64,000 nt of DNA, from the IMG/VR virus record IMGVR_UViG_3300020469_000045; one strand, given 5' to 3'. Origin of the DNA: an uncultured virus (IMG/VR IMGVR_UViG_3300020469_000045) (lineage: Duplodnaviria > Heunggongvirae > Uroviricota > Caudoviricetes). Position 1 is the stretch's first letter; every line of letters starts with the position of its first letter. Below are positions 27,649 through 36,543 of this stretch, one piece after another. The notes under the pieces were generated by a model that made no database searches, had not been told where the DNA came from, and saw nothing but the letters and a program-made list of their open reading frames with translations. A program made the translations under genes and the position numbers.

Positions 27649-28531
27649 TGGCTACCTCCTTTTGGTACTGTTCGCAAAATTGTGCCACATCACAATAGTC
27701 TTTACACTTGATTGACTCTCCCTTTGCAAACTCTATAGTTAAGTTATTATCACTACTCTTAGCAATGTAATCATCAGCCTTTGACTGAGTATCCAAAACT
27801 CTAAGTGCAGTCTTTCTACCCTTCTTCATTACTCTGAAAGAGTCCGGTCTTTTCCAACGTTCCTCCTCTGAGCATAAAGGTAGTTCCCTATTTATTAGAA
27901 AGTCAGCCTCAGCTTCTTGATGTAGCTTGACTCTTTCTTCTATAAATTCTTTTTGTGTCTCGGTATCCCATACCGGTATATCTATAACTGAGATAGGCGA
28001 GTCCGGATAATCACTACCCATTCTCTTCTTCTGACTCTTATTCCAATCTCTGTTTACTGTAATAATCTGTAGCTTATCTATGGTCTTGCCTATGTTGTGT
28101 TGATACAGCCAAGCATAGCAGTTCAATTGTGCCTCCCACGAGTCGTCTCCTTCCTTCTGAGCCTTCATAACTTTGTAGACGGACGTGACCTTATAATCTT
28201 TTAAAGTGTTCTCCTCAAGGCTAATAGAGTCCGTCTGACCGGATATAGTCCACCCCAATACAGAGGCATACATTCTTTCCTCAATCATAGTGTCTTCATA
28301 GCCTTCGTTTGCCCTCTCTAAGATAGAGTGTGTAGCCGTGCCTAATATCTTCCACACTTGGTCTACTGCGTCCACAACTATACTGTCTTGATATTCAACT
28401 CCAAGTATTCTTGGACGAGGAGCAGACAATAATCCTGACACAGAAATAGTAGACTCTCCCTTCGAGTAAGTATCATTACTTATGGCACGTATTATTTCTT
28501 TGGGTAGTTTGTTTTTGTTAGTAAGTTTCAT
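27635..28531 (-). CDS. PD-(D/E)XK (Cas4/RecB-like) exonuclease
   Basis: GTATHSILE...ISGQTD...LKDYKVT...QLNCY...C..YCDV..FC; likely start MKLTNK. Confidence 0.8.
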   Translation of the reverse strand: MKLTNKNKLPKEIIRAISNDTYSKGESTISVSGLLSAPRPRILGVEYQDSIVVDAVDQVWKILGTATHSILERANEGYEDTMIEERMYASVLGWTISGQTDSISLEENTLKDYKVTSVYKVMKAQKEGDDSWEAQLNCYAWLYQHNIGKTIDKLQIITVNRDWNKSQKKRMGSDYPDSPISVIDIPVWDTETQKEFIEERVKLHQEAEADFLINRELPLCSEEERWKRPDSFRVMKKGRKTALRVLDTQSKADDYIAKSSDNNLTIEFAKGESIKCKDYCDVAQFCEQYQKEVANERL

Positions 28532-28598
28532 CTTGTGTATGCAATGATAATGACAATAGCGACAATCAGAGTCGTTCCCACAACTGCGTAATAATAAT

Positions 28599-29123
28599 CT
28601 AGAAATCCCAAAGCTTTCTTTCCTCCTCGTTGCCACAATGATATATGGCTCTACCAATTCTGCAAATCAATCCTTGAGCAGACAGAACAGTATGAGTATA
28701 CATATTGTAAGACTCCTTCCTAAGTTCATAGACACTTATGTTGTTGTCCCTAAATCTATCAAGACATTGTTGAGCAACTAACTCAGCCTTTGCGTTCATA
28801 GGTCTTCTTGTAACTGTTGCTAAAAACCAATCAGCGTCTTTGTAGATAGAGGCAATGATGTCTAGTTCTGAGTATTTGCAATGACCAATCCTTTTTAAAA
28901 TCTCTCTTGGGTTGTGAGGTATAACTACTACCTCTTCTTGTGGTTTTTCTTCTACGACAATTGGTTTAGTGTTTCCAACAACAGCTAATCTTTTTCGTGT
29001 TGTCTGTTGTACTTCTTTGACACTAACTACCTTTTCTTTCAACTGACTTTTCAAGTCGTCTATCTCTAGCTTGAGAGATACAACGTAGCTTTGTAGTGCC
29101 TCTATTAATATCTTGTCTTTCAT
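28599..29123 (-). CDS. Hypothetical protein
   Basis: Coupled ORF with N-terminal coiled coil. Confidence 0.6.
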   Translation of the reverse strand: MKDKILIEALQSYVVSLKLEIDDLKSQLKEKVVSVKEVQQTTRKRLAVVGNTKPIVVEEKPQEEVVVIPHNPREILKRIGHCKYSELDIIASIYKDADWFLATVTRRPMNAKAELVAQQCLDRFRDNNISVYELRKESYNMYTHTVLSAQGLICRIGRAIYHCGNEEERKLWDF

Positions 29124-29371
29124 TTAGTCCTCCATATTCCTACCCCTGAGTTATCTGAAAGTTTCATAACACTAAAATTAGTATCAAGTCTTTTGGCTTT
29201 GTATCTATCAACTGCGTTTCGCAAGATTTTTATTTCTACTGCTAGGTCTTTCTTTGATATCGGTATCTCAATGCTGTCTCCAACTTTCATATCTTCGAGA
29301 GGAAGGTTGTATTTAGAGGGTCTACCTTTGTTGCGTGGCAAGGGTATCCCCTTCTTGATTTCAAATTCCAT
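29120..29371 (-). CDS. Small putative DNA-binding protein
   Basis: IKKGIPLP..GRPSKY.LPLEDMKVGDS...VGIWR; SD GAGG. Confidence 0.6.
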   Translation of the reverse strand: MEFEIKKGIPLPRNKGRPSKYNLPLEDMKVGDSIEIPISKKDLAVEIKILRNAVDRYKAKRLDTNFSVMKLSDNSGVGIWRTK

Positions 29372-29403
29372 ATAATACCTCGTGGTTTACTGTATATGAT
29401 GTA

Positions 29404-29432
29404 ATTATGAGGGATAAAAAAAGTTTTTACAA
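29404..29432 (-). promoter_or_regulatory. Sigma70-like promoter for the leftward recombination operon
   Basis: TTGTAA-17 bp-CATAAT on the minus strand. Confidence 0.6.
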
Positions 29433-29446
29433 GTGTAAATGAGGTA

Positions 29447-29475
29447 TTGAATTGTGTTTTTTGTTCGGCTACAAT
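29447..29475 (+). promoter_or_regulatory. Sigma70-like promoter for the rightward replication operon
   Basis: TTGAAT-17 bp-TACAAT; predicted +1 coincides with ATG 29482. Confidence 0.65.
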
Positions 29476-29481
29476 CGAGCC

Positions 29482-29733
29482 ATGGATTTTTCAAGGGCGT
29501 TAGATAAGAAAGTTTTACAACAAGCAGTCAGAGATATCGCAAGTAAAAATCCAAGAACATCTACCGAGGCAAAAGCCTACTTTCTTTCTCAGGATTTTGA
29601 GAAACTTTGCACAAGAAATTCTATAGACTCAGACACAGTTAAGTTAGCAGTCATTGAATTGAATGAGTACCCAATCGTTTCAAAGAAAAAGTTAGCTAAT
29701 AAAATTAGTAAGCTTATTGAGGTAGAGAAGTAG
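29482..29733 (+). CDS. Hypothetical protein, probably leaderless
   Basis: MDFSRALDKKVLQQAVRD...; no SD; ATG 7 nt after the -10 box. Confidence 0.6.
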   Translation: MDFSRALDKKVLQQAVRDIASKNPRTSTEAKAYFLSQDFEKLCTRNSIDSDTVKLAVIELNEYPIVSKKKLANKISKLIEVEK

Positions 29734-29804
29734 ATACTAGGTAGTATGTACTAAGTAATTTATTTAGGAAGTATATACATTAGTAAGTATATACTAAGTA
29801 TATA
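29731..29804. repeat. AT-rich AGTATATAC/TACTA iteron-like cluster; candidate replication origin
   Basis: tagatactaggtagtatgtactaagta...aagtatatacattagtaagtatatactaagtatata directly upstream of the primase-helicase. Confidence 0.45.
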
Positions 29805-29813
29805 GGAGGAAAA

Positions 29814-31577
29814 ATGATTAGCCAAGAATTAAATGAAAAATTAGACCGGCATACGTCAGGTCTGAGTCACGGACAAAGAAAAATCTCATGTCCGAATTGC
29901 CAAGATAAGAGAACAAAAAACAAACATGACACACCATTGAGCGTAAAGATTGACGAATACAAAGTCGTTTACCATTGTCATCATTGCAACATCAAGGGAG
30001 TTATAAACAGATACCAAAGTGCTATCAAAAAGGGAGGAGTTATGAAAGTAGTTAAGGCAGAAAAGCCACAGAAGAAAATAGTTTTAGCAGATAAGCAAGA
30101 AGAGAAAGCAAACAAGTGGTTGCTTGATAGAAAGATTAGTTTAGAAACAGCAGATAAATTTCGTGTAGCACGGGAAAAGAGAAAATATTTACCGGTAATA
30201 GGTTTCTCTTTCTACAATCCTGACGGAGAAGTTGAAGCTGTGAAGTTCAGGAAAGCCAATGGCGACAAGGATTTTTGGTGGGAGAACAATGCAAAAAGGT
30301 TTTGGGGAGAGCATGAATTCGATAGCAACAAAGAAACTATAGAGGATACAGTTGTTATTACCGAAGGGGAAATGGACGTATTAGCTATAGCAGAAGCTTT
30401 CAAAGACTACAACATAGCTGTTTACTCTGTGCCAAATGGAAGTCCAAACAAGATTACTGAGGGTAAGGTTGACCCAAGCGAGGACGGAAGGTTTGCTTAT
30501 GTGTGGGAAGATAGAGATAAGTTCCTTGATGTGAAGAAAGTTATCTTAGCTACTGACCAAGACTCAGCCGGAGATGTATTGACCCATGAGTTGAGCCGTA
30601 GGATAGGGAAAGCAAAGTGCTATCGCATGGATTACAAAGGATACAAGGACGCAAATGAATTGCTTATTGAGACAGACGAGGAGACAGTACGTAAGCAAGT
30701 GATTAATGCAGAGCCAATACCTTTGCATGGTCTAAACGATATAAGTTTTTACACAGATGAATTCCAAAGTTTGTATGATGAAGGCAAACCTCAGGGCATA
30801 AACACCGGATATGAGTCTGTTGATAAGGTATTTAATCTACAAACCGGATTGCTTTATGTAGTGACCGGCTATGCCGGAGAAGGTAAGAGTGCTTTCATAG
30901 ACCAATTAGTAGTCAATGCCGGTAAGAATTACAATTGGAAAACTTGTTATGCTAGTTTCGAGAAAAACCCTAGCTATCATTCGGTACAGTTAGCACAAAT
31001 AATAACCGGTAAACCTTTCTTTAAAACCAATGGGCATGAGCGTATGAGCCAAGAGGAGAAGGACGAAGCAGAGGCATGGATAGGAGAACACGTACTGTTC
31101 CAAGACTATTTAGACGGAGGGTTGCCAACGATTGAGAACGTGCTTGAGAAGTTTCATCATTCCATAATGAGAAACTCAGTAAAGATTTGTGTGATTGACC
31201 CCTTTAATTTTATCCATACTGATAGGACTAGCGGTCTAGAAACCCACATGATTTCAGATATGTTAAGCAAAGTTCAATTGTTTTGTAAGCAACATGACGT
31301 ATTGTGTATCTTCATAGCACACCCACAGAAACCACAAGACAGAAGTAAAAAGAATGTCTGTAACCTCATGGATATATCAGGCAGTATCTCGTGGAGTACG
31401 AAGGCAGATGTAGGCTTGACAGTATACAGAGGGTCGGATAATGTAGAAGTCCATTGTACCAAAGCGAGGTGGAATTGGAACGCACAGTTAGGCAAGGCAG
31501 ACTTATCATTCAATCCAACCAATGGAAGATACTCTGAAACTCAAGAAGAAACTGACGACTACGATTGGGATTTCTAA
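29814..31577 (+). CDS. Bifunctional primase-helicase (T7 gp4/Twinkle-like)
   Basis: Zn finger CPNC/CHHC, TOPRIM ITEGEMD..ATDQDSAG..KDANE, Walker A GYAGEGKS, IAHPQK, ISGS. Confidence 0.92.
   Translation: MISQELNEKLDRHTSGLSHGQRKISCPNCQDKRTKNKHDTPLSVKIDEYKVVYHCHHCNIKGVINRYQSAIKKGGVMKVVKAEKPQKKIVLADKQEEKANKWLLDRKISLETADKFRVAREKRKYLPVIGFSFYNPDGEVEAVKFRKANGDKDFWWENNAKRFWGEHEFDSNKETIEDTVVITEGEMDVLAIAEAFKDYNIAVYSVPNGSPNKITEGKVDPSEDGRFAYVWEDRDKFLDVKKVILATDQDSAGDVLTHELSRRIGKAKCYRMDYKGYKDANELLIETDEETVRKQVINAEPIPLHGLNDISFYTDEFQSLYDEGKPQGINTGYESVDKVFNLQTGLLYVVTGYAGEGKSAFIDQLVVNAGKNYNWKTCYASFEKNPSYHSVQLAQIITGKPFFKTNGHERMSQEEKDEAEAWIGEHVLFQDYLDGGLPTIENVLEKFHHSIMRNSVKICVIDPFNFIHTDRTSGLETHMISDMLSKVQLFCKQHDVLCIFIAHPQKPQDRSKKNVCNLMDISGSISWSTKADVGLTVYRGSDNVEVHCTKARWNWNAQLGKADLSFNPTNGRYSETQEETDDYDWDF
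30178..30209. promoter_or_regulatory. Palindromic operator-like motif copy (intragenic)
   Basis: AGAGAAAATATTTACCGGTAATAGGTTTCTCT. Confidence 0.5.
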
Positions 31578-32079
31578 AGAGGAAGTCTACGTCAATGATG
31601 TAGGCAATCCTTACTTACACAAGAGACACAAAGTCCAAGTCCAAAAGATAGACAACTCTCGCATAGGTCAGGCGATTGTCTTTGACCAACACATGATAGA
31701 CAAGCTTTATATCCAAGATTATCTGAACGAAAGACAACACATGGTGTGTGATAAATACCTTAATCTGTTGACCAAGTCAGGCTGTTTTGCGTCAGCTCCA
31801 CCCTCCATGGAGAAAATATTTACTAGTAATTACTTTCTGCAAAGGGCAATGCCACGCTCCATTGTACTTTCTCCCCCTGTGAAACAACTTCAGGAGTTAT
31901 GTGGAAATGAAAAAGAGAAAGCGTTCTATAAAATAATGACCGGTAATCCTAAAAGAATTACCGAGTCAGAATATAATGTGATTGTTGATTGTGCCGAAGC
32001 TTTACTTCAACTGTGGTATGTCAACGAGACTAGTCCGGTTTCGTTATTTCAGAGAGCCTTTCTAAAGGAGACTTCATAG
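31522..32079 (+). CDS. Hypothetical protein
   Basis: 185-aa ORF after the helicase. Confidence 0.65.
   Translation: MEDTLKLKKKLTTTIGISKEEVYVNDVGNPYLHKRHKVQVQKIDNSRIGQAIVFDQHMIDKLYIQDYLNERQHMVCDKYLNLLTKSGCFASAPPSMEKIFTSNYFLQRAMPRSIVLSPPVKQLQELCGNEKEKAFYKIMTGNPKRITESEYNVIVDCAEALLQLWYVNETSPVSLFQRAFLKETS
31811..31838. promoter_or_regulatory. Palindromic operator-like motif copy (intragenic)
   Basis: AGAAAATATTTACTAGTAATTACTTTCT. Confidence 0.55.
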
Positions 32080-32311
32080 AGTCAGTCATAGGTTGTGCAA
32101 CTGTGTTAGGGTTGTACTCTTCTACTTCAAATTCTTCTTGTACTTCCTCAGGTTGATTGTCAGCCTCAGTCAATACAATGCCTCGCCTTTCTGCTTCTTG
32201 ATGTATTAGATGAATGACTTGCTTGTTCAAAGAACGAGAGTCCTTCTCTGCTATTTTGTTAGCAAGTTTCCAAGTGTCCTCACTACATCTTATAAAAATA
32301 CTATTAGCCAT
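32030..32311 (-). CDS. Arc/ribbon-helix-helix family DNA-binding protein
   Basis: IFIRCSEDTWKLANKIAEKDSRSLNKQVIHLI fits the Arc pattern (RSxN). Confidence 0.75.
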   Translation of the reverse strand: MANSIFIRCSEDTWKLANKIAEKDSRSLNKQVIHLIHQEAERRGIVLTEADNQPEEVQEEFEVEEYNPNTVAQPMTDSMKSPLERLSEITKPD

Positions 32312-32601
32312 TAGGTATCCTCACTTGTAATTTTATCTTCTACTTCTGCTATCGCTATGCTTTCTTTACCCAAGGTATAGTATCCATTCTCGGCAAGAGA
32401 ATTCATTGCGTTGTGATACGATTGCTCGTCATACCTAAGTAATGGCTCTACTAATAAAAGTTTAAATGCAAACTTACTAGCCTCCTCATAGGTATCAAAC
32501 GTCCACACTTTATATTTCCAATCCCCAAAACTTTTCTGAGAAGACTTAACAAAAGGCTCAGGGATAGTTAACTCAAAGGTGTGTCTGACAACTGCATACA
32601 T
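32311..32601 (-). CDS. Hypothetical protein, probably leaderless
   Basis: ATG 7 nt downstream of the extended -10 TGATATAAT (32608-32616). Confidence 0.65.
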   Translation of the reverse strand: MYAVVRHTFELTIPEPFVKSSQKSFGDWKYKVWTFDTYEEASKFAFKLLLVEPLLRYDEQSYHNAMNSLAENGYYTLGKESIAIAEVEDKITSEDT

Positions 32602-32639
32602 CAGATGATTATATCATATAGATAGCAAGGGACTAGCAT

Positions 32640-32703
32640 AAAAAAAAGGAGACAGACTTAATAGATTACTTTGGAGAATTATCTATGGCTCAAGTCTGCC
32701 TCC
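32640..32703 (-). terminator. Intrinsic terminator of the candidate sRNA
   Basis: GGAGGCAGACTT...AAGTCTGTCTCC-T8 on the minus strand; G-U pair only on this strand. Confidence 0.7.
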
Positions 32704-32787
32704 AATCTTATTAAACTTCAAAGACTTTTAGCCTAAGCCTTTGATTTCTTAGGAGGTTGTTCACGCTATGAAAGAACATGAACAATT
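32640..32787 (-). ncRNA. Candidate ~150-nt trans-acting anti-Shine-Dalgarno small RNA
   Basis: Own promoter; three hairpins (32757-32785, 32718-32744, 32648-32703) plus U8 tail; single-stranded linker CCUCCUAAGAAAU. Confidence 0.65.
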
Positions 32788-32793
32788 ACTTTT

Positions 32794-32823
32794 ATTATAT
32801 AGCATAGTGATATGACATGACAA
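32794..32823 (-). promoter_or_regulatory. Sigma70-like promoter of the candidate sRNA
   Basis: TTGTCA-18 bp-TATAAT on the minus strand. Confidence 0.65.
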
Positions 32824-32910
32824 GCATACGTCAGCCACTTAATAATCAATCTACTGTTGATTTTTTTTCTAAAGTTTGTTGTATTCAGACGCTGTGTTTT
32901 CAGGCACGTA

Positions 32911-32936
32911 AAAATATTTCCTAGTAAATACTTTCT
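32911..32936. promoter_or_regulatory. Palindromic operator-like motif copy
   Basis: AAAATATTTCCTAGTAAATACTTTCT. Confidence 0.6.
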
Positions 32937-33017
32937 TCACAAGGGATTGTCATAAGATAAAGTAATATGAGGGATTACAAACCAAAAAAATGTCATCATG
33001 TTTAGAAATTTTGAGCC

Positions 33018-33064
33018 AAAAAAAAACCGAGACTATGCAGTAAATTAATACCACATAGCCTCGG
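33018..33064 (-). terminator. Intrinsic terminator ending the leftward 33-39 kb operon
   Basis: CCGAGGCTATGTGGTA...TACTGCATAGTCTCGG-T9 just after the stop of 33071..33640. Confidence 0.8.
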
Positions 33065-33070
33065 CTAATT

Positions 33071-33640
33071 TTAAGCAGACTGTTTTATATTTTTTAATCT
33101 ATATCTAATACTTTTCTCAAACTGTTCAGTCGGAGTATACATATTGCTATGATGTAAAAAATTATCTAGAACTTTCAAATCTTCTTCCGTTCCAAACTTG
33201 TCAATCCACTTTAGAAACAACTCAGCAATAGGAGAATGAGTTATTGTGAAGTGAGTATTGCTATAGCGAAACAACTCAATATCTTTTTTGTTCTTTTTAT
33301 TATTCAAGAACTTGTGATACTTCCTGTCTATCTGTGCAATAGAAAGGTCAGAGTCATAACAACCGGCTTGTCTTATCATTGCGAAGTGACGAAAGACCAT
33401 TCTGAAAGACATAGGTTTATCGGAACGAGACGTGAACTTTGAAACCTCACTAGCGATTTCAAACTCTCCACTTCTGAAGTCGTCCTTGAACACAAAGTAT
33501 TTCCCATAAGGCATTGACTCTGACCACATGACTTCACAAACCTGAGGAATTAACTCGGCAAAGCTTTCGCCATGGATAATACCGGCTCTGACATTCAACC
33601 CACTACGAGGGTAATACTTAAATCTAAGTAGTCTTTTCAT
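33071..33640 (-). CDS. Hypothetical early protein
   Basis: SD GGAGGT; 189 aa. Confidence 0.7.
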   Translation of the reverse strand: MKRLLRFKYYPRSGLNVRAGIIHGESFAELIPQVCEVMWSESMPYGKYFVFKDDFRSGEFEIASEVSKFTSRSDKPMSFRMVFRHFAMIRQAGCYDSDLSIAQIDRKYHKFLNNKKNKKDIELFRYSNTHFTITHSPIAELFLKWIDKFGTEEDLKVLDNFLHHSNMYTPTEQFEKSIRYRLKNIKQSA

Positions 33641-33860
33641 ACTCCACCTCCGAGACTTTTACTTTTCCTTTGTCGAATGAATCCAAAGCTTGATTGCAAA
33701 TCTCTATCACTTTTTCATCACTAGCACACTTGATTAAGTCCTCAAGAATTGTTGCTATTGCTAGAGCCTCTTCCACCGGAAGTGTGAGCAGAACTTCAAC
33801 CTTCCTTGCAGAGTGCAACTCCTTAGCAAAAGTCATTCTTTCTTTAAAGTATTTACTCAT
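33624..33860 (-). CDS. Hypothetical early protein
   Basis: SD AGGAGGT; coupled. Confidence 0.7.
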   Translation of the reverse strand: MSKYFKERMTFAKELHSARKVEVLLTLPVEEALAIATILEDLIKCASDEKVIEICNQALDSFDKGKVKVSEVEYEKTT

Positions 33861-34162
33861 GCTACACCTCCTGACTTTCTGTTGTCTTTGATAGCAACAA
33901 CCAAGTCTGATAAATGGTCGGCTCCTTGTTGAAAGTCGTCAATGCTTTCCACGGACAACCTAAGAATAGAGTCAAGATAGTCTCGAATAGACTCAACCTC
34001 ACTTAGACTTATAGCGTCTAGTCTTTGGACATTGTCTACTCGATAAGACAATTGTTTACTTAACCTCTGAATGATATCAACTGCTGATACCAAGTCGTTG
34101 ACTATATCTTTCAGAACTATACGTTCATCTATATATAACATCTTTTCTTTAACTTCTGTCAT
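33857..34162 (-). CDS. Hypothetical early protein (helical)
   Basis: SD AGGAGGT; coupled. Confidence 0.7.
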   Translation of the reverse strand: MTEVKEKMLYIDERIVLKDIVNDLVSAVDIIQRLSKQLSYRVDNVQRLDAISLSEVESIRDYLDSILRLSVESIDDFQQGADHLSDLVVAIKDNRKSGGVA

Positions 34163-34887
34163 GCTACACCTCCTTGCATTTCAAATTGTTTTTTAGTCGG
34201 ATACGTTAACTGATACTTCTTAGCACAATGCTTTCCATATCCGTACGCTTTCGAGATATCGTCAGACAATCTCCTCTTGCAGAAAGAACATTGACCGGTC
34301 AACTGTCCGAACTCTCGGACAACTTTCTCAGGGTCAAGGGCAATTGCATTTAGAGTATTGACTGCTTCGTCTTTGATTGCTTGTTTCTCAAAGTCCAACT
34401 GAACATTAGAGTATCTAAAGTGAGGAAAGAACAATCCGTTCAAGTCCACCCTACCAAGATACTCTTTGCCATATTGAAAGTCAGGGTCACAACTGACGAG
34501 CAACTGCAACTGACCTTCAAACTTTGACTTGTCAGTAGCAACGTACATCTTCAGAAACCAATCAGCATTTCCGGAACTACCTCCGGCAATTGGAACTGAC
34601 ATAGCAACTCTGATAGATGAAAAGTTAGGAACTCTGTTTAGGAACTCCAACACTTTGCTTATCTCATTGACTTGAATAGTCTCTTTAGGTTTTGGAGGAG
34701 CAAGAACTTTGTCTCGTATCTTCGCAACCATAGTCCATTGTTTCTCGGACAAGTTACCCTTCATGTCTAATTGATGTCTGACACTTCTTAAAAAAGAAAC
34801 GTCCCATTTTGTGTGGTCGTCATGCTTACAGACCTCTGTAAACATTCCGTCTTTGGCTAACCACAACTGTAGTTTTAAATCTTCCAT
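34159..34887 (-). CDS. Early protein with C-terminal Zn-binding motif (DUF6011-like)
   Basis: GQCSFCKRRLSDDISKAYGYGKHCAKK; N-terminal LSEKQW motif; SD AGGAGGT. Confidence 0.7.
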   Translation of the reverse strand: MEDLKLQLWLAKDGMFTEVCKHDDHTKWDVSFLRSVRHQLDMKGNLSEKQWTMVAKIRDKVLAPPKPKETIQVNEISKVLEFLNRVPNFSSIRVAMSVPIAGGSSGNADWFLKMYVATDKSKFEGQLQLLVSCDPDFQYGKEYLGRVDLNGLFFPHFRYSNVQLDFEKQAIKDEAVNTLNAIALDPEKVVREFGQLTGQCSFCKRRLSDDISKAYGYGKHCAKKYQLTYPTKKQFEMQGGVA

Positions 34888-34914
34888 AGTACCTCCTATA
34901 AAGATTAAGTTAAT

Positions 34915-34972
34915 AAACTGATTTCATACTTTTGTAATCATTCAGACCAAGCACACACTTGATTATCAGTTT
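34915..34972 (-). ncRNA. Type III hammerhead ribozyme (HH-C)
   Basis: Minus: AAACUGA-UA|AUCAAG-UGUGUG-CUUGGU-CUGAAUGA-UUAC-AAAA-GUAU-GAAA-UCAGUUU; core has one extra A; predicted cut between 34964 and 34963. Confidence 0.8.
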
Positions 34973-35008
34973 TTTTAGAAGTGAAAATTTGCGTCCCGTG
35001 ACCAACAT

Positions 35009-35042
35009 TAGAGAAAATATTTACTAGTAAATACTTTCTCTA
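35009..35042. promoter_or_regulatory. Palindromic operator-like motif copy (best copy)
   Basis: TAGAGAAAATATTTACTAGTAAATACTTTCTCTA, further flanked by CGTGACC/GGTCACG. Confidence 0.65.
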
Positions 35043-35100
35043 CAAGGGTCACGAAACACAAACTGTTACACATGGTGTAAAACTTTCGGGGAAAAGGTGT

Positions 35101-36543
35101 TCACTTGATGAACACCCTCTCGCCAAAAGGCATATCCTTTTTTGGATTAGAGAAGCCGTAGCTACCTTCAACAGTAAAGACGTGAATGACCGGTAGATTG
35201 TCCGGCATAGGCTCGTCCAACTCTTCCATTTCAAAGTCGTCCTCTCCGTCCGAGAAGTGAATAAGCAAGTCGACCTCGTCTCTCTCTTCAAGCTTAGAAA
35301 GGAAAGCATTGAAACCGGCAACACCATAAGTACCACCGGAGCCATGACAAGGGAACGTATCTTTGTCCGGCATACAATCTCCTTGAGTCGTGTCGAACAA
35401 GTCGAAGTATTCTCCTTGCTCATTTCTAAAATGGTTAGAGGCATACCTTCCGACCCACAGTTTCTCAACTGCAAACTCCTCAAGCAACGTCATGGTTTCT
35501 GTAATGAATTCATCACGACACCATTCGGTACTGCCTGATACGTCATTGAGAATGACAACGTTTTTTATTTCGTTCTCACGTTTCTTTGACGGCAAGATTA
35601 GTCCGGAGTGTTGATACTTTTTATTGAGTCGAGCGTAAGACCTCTTGTTGGATTTACGAGAGGTTAGTATCTCTCTCAAGTAATCATTCCATGCAACCTG
35701 AGGTCTTTTGATTTCTCCGGCTCTGCCTCCAAGGTAGTCAACGTTGCCTGAGTCTCCTTTCATTCCTTCAAGTTTCTCTGCCATAAGAACTTGTTGGTCA
35801 AGTCTCGTCTGCTCCTCTCGTACTTCTTGAGGAGTGAGGTCTTGTCCTTCTTCGCCCTTCATGTCAATGACACCACCAACCGGCTGAGGTAAGTCGTCAA
35901 GATTGACTCCACCTTGTCCGGACATTTGTCCTTCGGCTTCGTCCTCGTCCTGACTTTCGCCCTGACCCTGACCCTGACCTTCGCCCTCGCCTGAATCAGA
36001 CTCGTCTTGCTCAGACTCGCCTTGCTCGTCCGACTCTTGACCTAGTCCTTTCTCAACCTGAGACTTTGCCTTCTCCAACTCCTCGTCATTCGCATACAAG
36101 AAGTCATAGATTGCATTAGCCGACCATGACTGATACTTCCTATCAAGTAGACCACCTTCCGGTAAATCTAAATTCAAGTCATACACAATGTATGAATTGA
36201 TTGCATAGTCAGTAGCAATGTTCCAAAGCTTAGGGTGTCTTTCAAGACCACCTTCGCACCTTCGTATATGGTGTCCCCAAACAACGTGAAGAGCCTCGTG
36301 AATTAAGACTCCTTTTATTTGGTCGAACTTCATAGACAAAGTGAAATCCGGAGAGTAAATAATACTCTTGCCGTCCGTAGCCATTGTCCCAATGGACTCG
36401 TCCTCTATGAGGTCAAGTCCTAAGAGAATAGAAGTCATGCCGGTAGCTGAGTCCATTAACTGTGACTTAGCTTTTGTTATGACTTGCTCTGCCGTTTGAC
36501 CCATATACTCAGGTCGTCTTTGTGCAACGTTGTACTCACTCAT
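35101..36543 (-). CDS. DUF2201-like metallopeptidase plus VWA domain protein
   Basis: TMATDG..HEALHVVWGH..WNIATDYAIN; acidic Q/E/G linker; MIDAS DVSGS; FSDG. Confidence 0.85.
   Translation of the reverse strand: MSEYNVAQRRPEYMGQTAEQVITKAKSQLMDSATGMTSILLGLDLIEDESIGTMATDGKSIIYSPDFTLSMKFDQIKGVLIHEALHVVWGHHIRRCEGGLERHPKLWNIATDYAINSYIVYDLNLDLPEGGLLDRKYQSWSANAIYDFLYANDEELEKAKSQVEKGLGQESDEQGESEQDESDSGEGEGQGQGQGESQDEDEAEGQMSGQGGVNLDDLPQPVGGVIDMKGEEGQDLTPQEVREEQTRLDQQVLMAEKLEGMKGDSGNVDYLGGRAGEIKRPQVAWNDYLREILTSRKSNKRSYARLNKKYQHSGLILPSKKRENEIKNVVILNDVSGSTEWCRDEFITETMTLLEEFAVEKLWVGRYASNHFRNEQGEYFDLFDTTQGDCMPDKDTFPCHGSGGTYGVAGFNAFLSKLEERDEVDLLIHFSDGEDDFEMEELDEPMPDNLPVIHVFTVEGSYGFSNPKKDMPFGERVFIK

Noticed and set aside
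27635..28531. Cas4-like nuclease as evidence of a CRISPR system
   Set aside because: It sits with Sak and SSB in a standard recombination module; no array or other cas genes
32768..32815. Plus-strand 15-aa ORF (MKEHEQLLLLYSIVI) after AGGAGG, as a type I toxin
   Set aside because: SD spacing is long (11 nt), no plus-strand promoter is evident, and G-U pairs plus the U-tract favour a minus-strand RNA; not fully excluded
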